This document shows, piece after piece, positions 63,030-64,000 of a stretch of 64,000 nt of DNA. The notes under the pieces were generated by a model. It searched no databases. It was not told where the DNA came from and worked only from the letters and a program-made list of their open reading frames with translations. The DNA is from Marsupella aquatica (Eukaryota > Plantae > Marchantiophyta), in NCBI GenBank assembly GCA_973895155.1, contig OZ316895.1:5910687-5974686 (forward strand), in the 5' to 3' direction. The position numbers and the translations under genes are program-made. The stretch's first letter is position 1. Each line of letters starts with the position of its first letter.

Positions 63030-63410
63030 AAATAATGCATGCAAGTAAAACAACTAATGCATGCACCTAAAACAATTTGTGTATGCATGCACCTTGTGAC
63101 TTGCACATTTGCTCACCTTACATGAGCATATAAAACAACTAATGCATGCAAATAAAACAATTTGCATGCATTTTGTGGCTTGCACATTTGCTCACCTTGC
63201 ATGCACATAAAATAACTAATGCATGCAAATAAAATAATTTGTATGCATCTAAAACAATTTGTGCATGCACCTTATGGTTTGCACATTCGCTCACCTTGCA
63301 TGCACATAAAACGACTATTGTATGCAAATAAAACAATTTGCACATGCATCCAAACAATTTGTGCATGCATATTGTGATTTGCATAGTTGCTTACCTTGCA
63401 TGCACATACG
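63030..63410. repeat. Tandem array rich in tgcatgca palindromes (tgcacatttgctcaccttgcatgcacataaaacaactaatgcatgcaaataaaacaatttg), ~4 copies
   Basis: Direct reading; unit ~80-100 bp. Confidence 0.85.
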
Positions 63411-64000
63411 TAATAGTCAAATTATTTAGTTACCCCGTAACAAAATATAAATCTAACCTATATACTTACTAATATACTTAGTGATAATGATTTTATCATG
63501 AATAATTGAATTATCATGACACCGGTTCCGCTTAGCTAGTGTTGTAGACGCCGAACTACCCTTCCGCTTCATCTCTTCAGTCCCTGATAACTCTCCAAGA
63601 ATGGTCTCCTTGATCGAAGCCAAAGTGTGACCCTTCAGCTCCCATACCGGCTACCCAGCGTTCTTAATCGCCTCTCAAATTCCAACGACTCGATCTCTCT
63701 GATCAGCAACTCGTCAAGCTCGACACTGGTTGGACTCCATAAGAATTTCTCGAGTACCTCCTCTATTCCCACAAAATCCGTCTTATAAATTCCCCATAAC
63801 CGCGCGAGCTCTGCCCTTTCCCTCAGTTGCTGCTCGTACCGGCTCGACGTATTTGTAAGTTGGTATGAGTTGTCGTGCTTCTTCAAGCAAACAGCCCCAA
63901 AACTTAGTCGCTTGATTCACCGTGGTCATTCCACCAAATAAAAAAGGAGCTTGAGCAATTTTCTACCCACCTCCCTTGATCGACCGACAGCTACTTTCGC

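Overview
Eukaryotic, intron-rich, transposon-laden DNA, most likely from an early-diverging land plant (bryophyte-like; inferred from gene content). Three host genes are visible. (1) A VIRILIZER homolog (m6A writer subunit) on the minus strand runs from an ATG at 14103 off the left edge. (2) A divergently oriented LisH/CTLH-like + WD40 gene lies at 18625-24797. (3) A three-exon nucleotide-diphospho-sugar transferase lies at 48249-51512 on the minus strand. The intergenic space holds PIF/Harbinger remnants, tandem arrays and nested LTR-retrotransposon fragments. The standout is a ~9.6-kb Ty3/gypsy-type element (34730-~44301). Its reconstructed single polyprotein reads Gag - protease - DNMT3-like cytosine methyltransferase - RT - RNase H - DDE integrase - PHD finger. 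It has a Tf1-like self-priming site instead of a tRNA PBS. Its terminal repeats are circularly permuted (A ... PPT-B-A-B), with a palindromic att-like junction (GACA-GC-TGTC) inside the LTR, which suggests integration from a 2-LTR circle. A second, older, truncated relative at 54221 starts at the same TGTCACACCA nucleotide.
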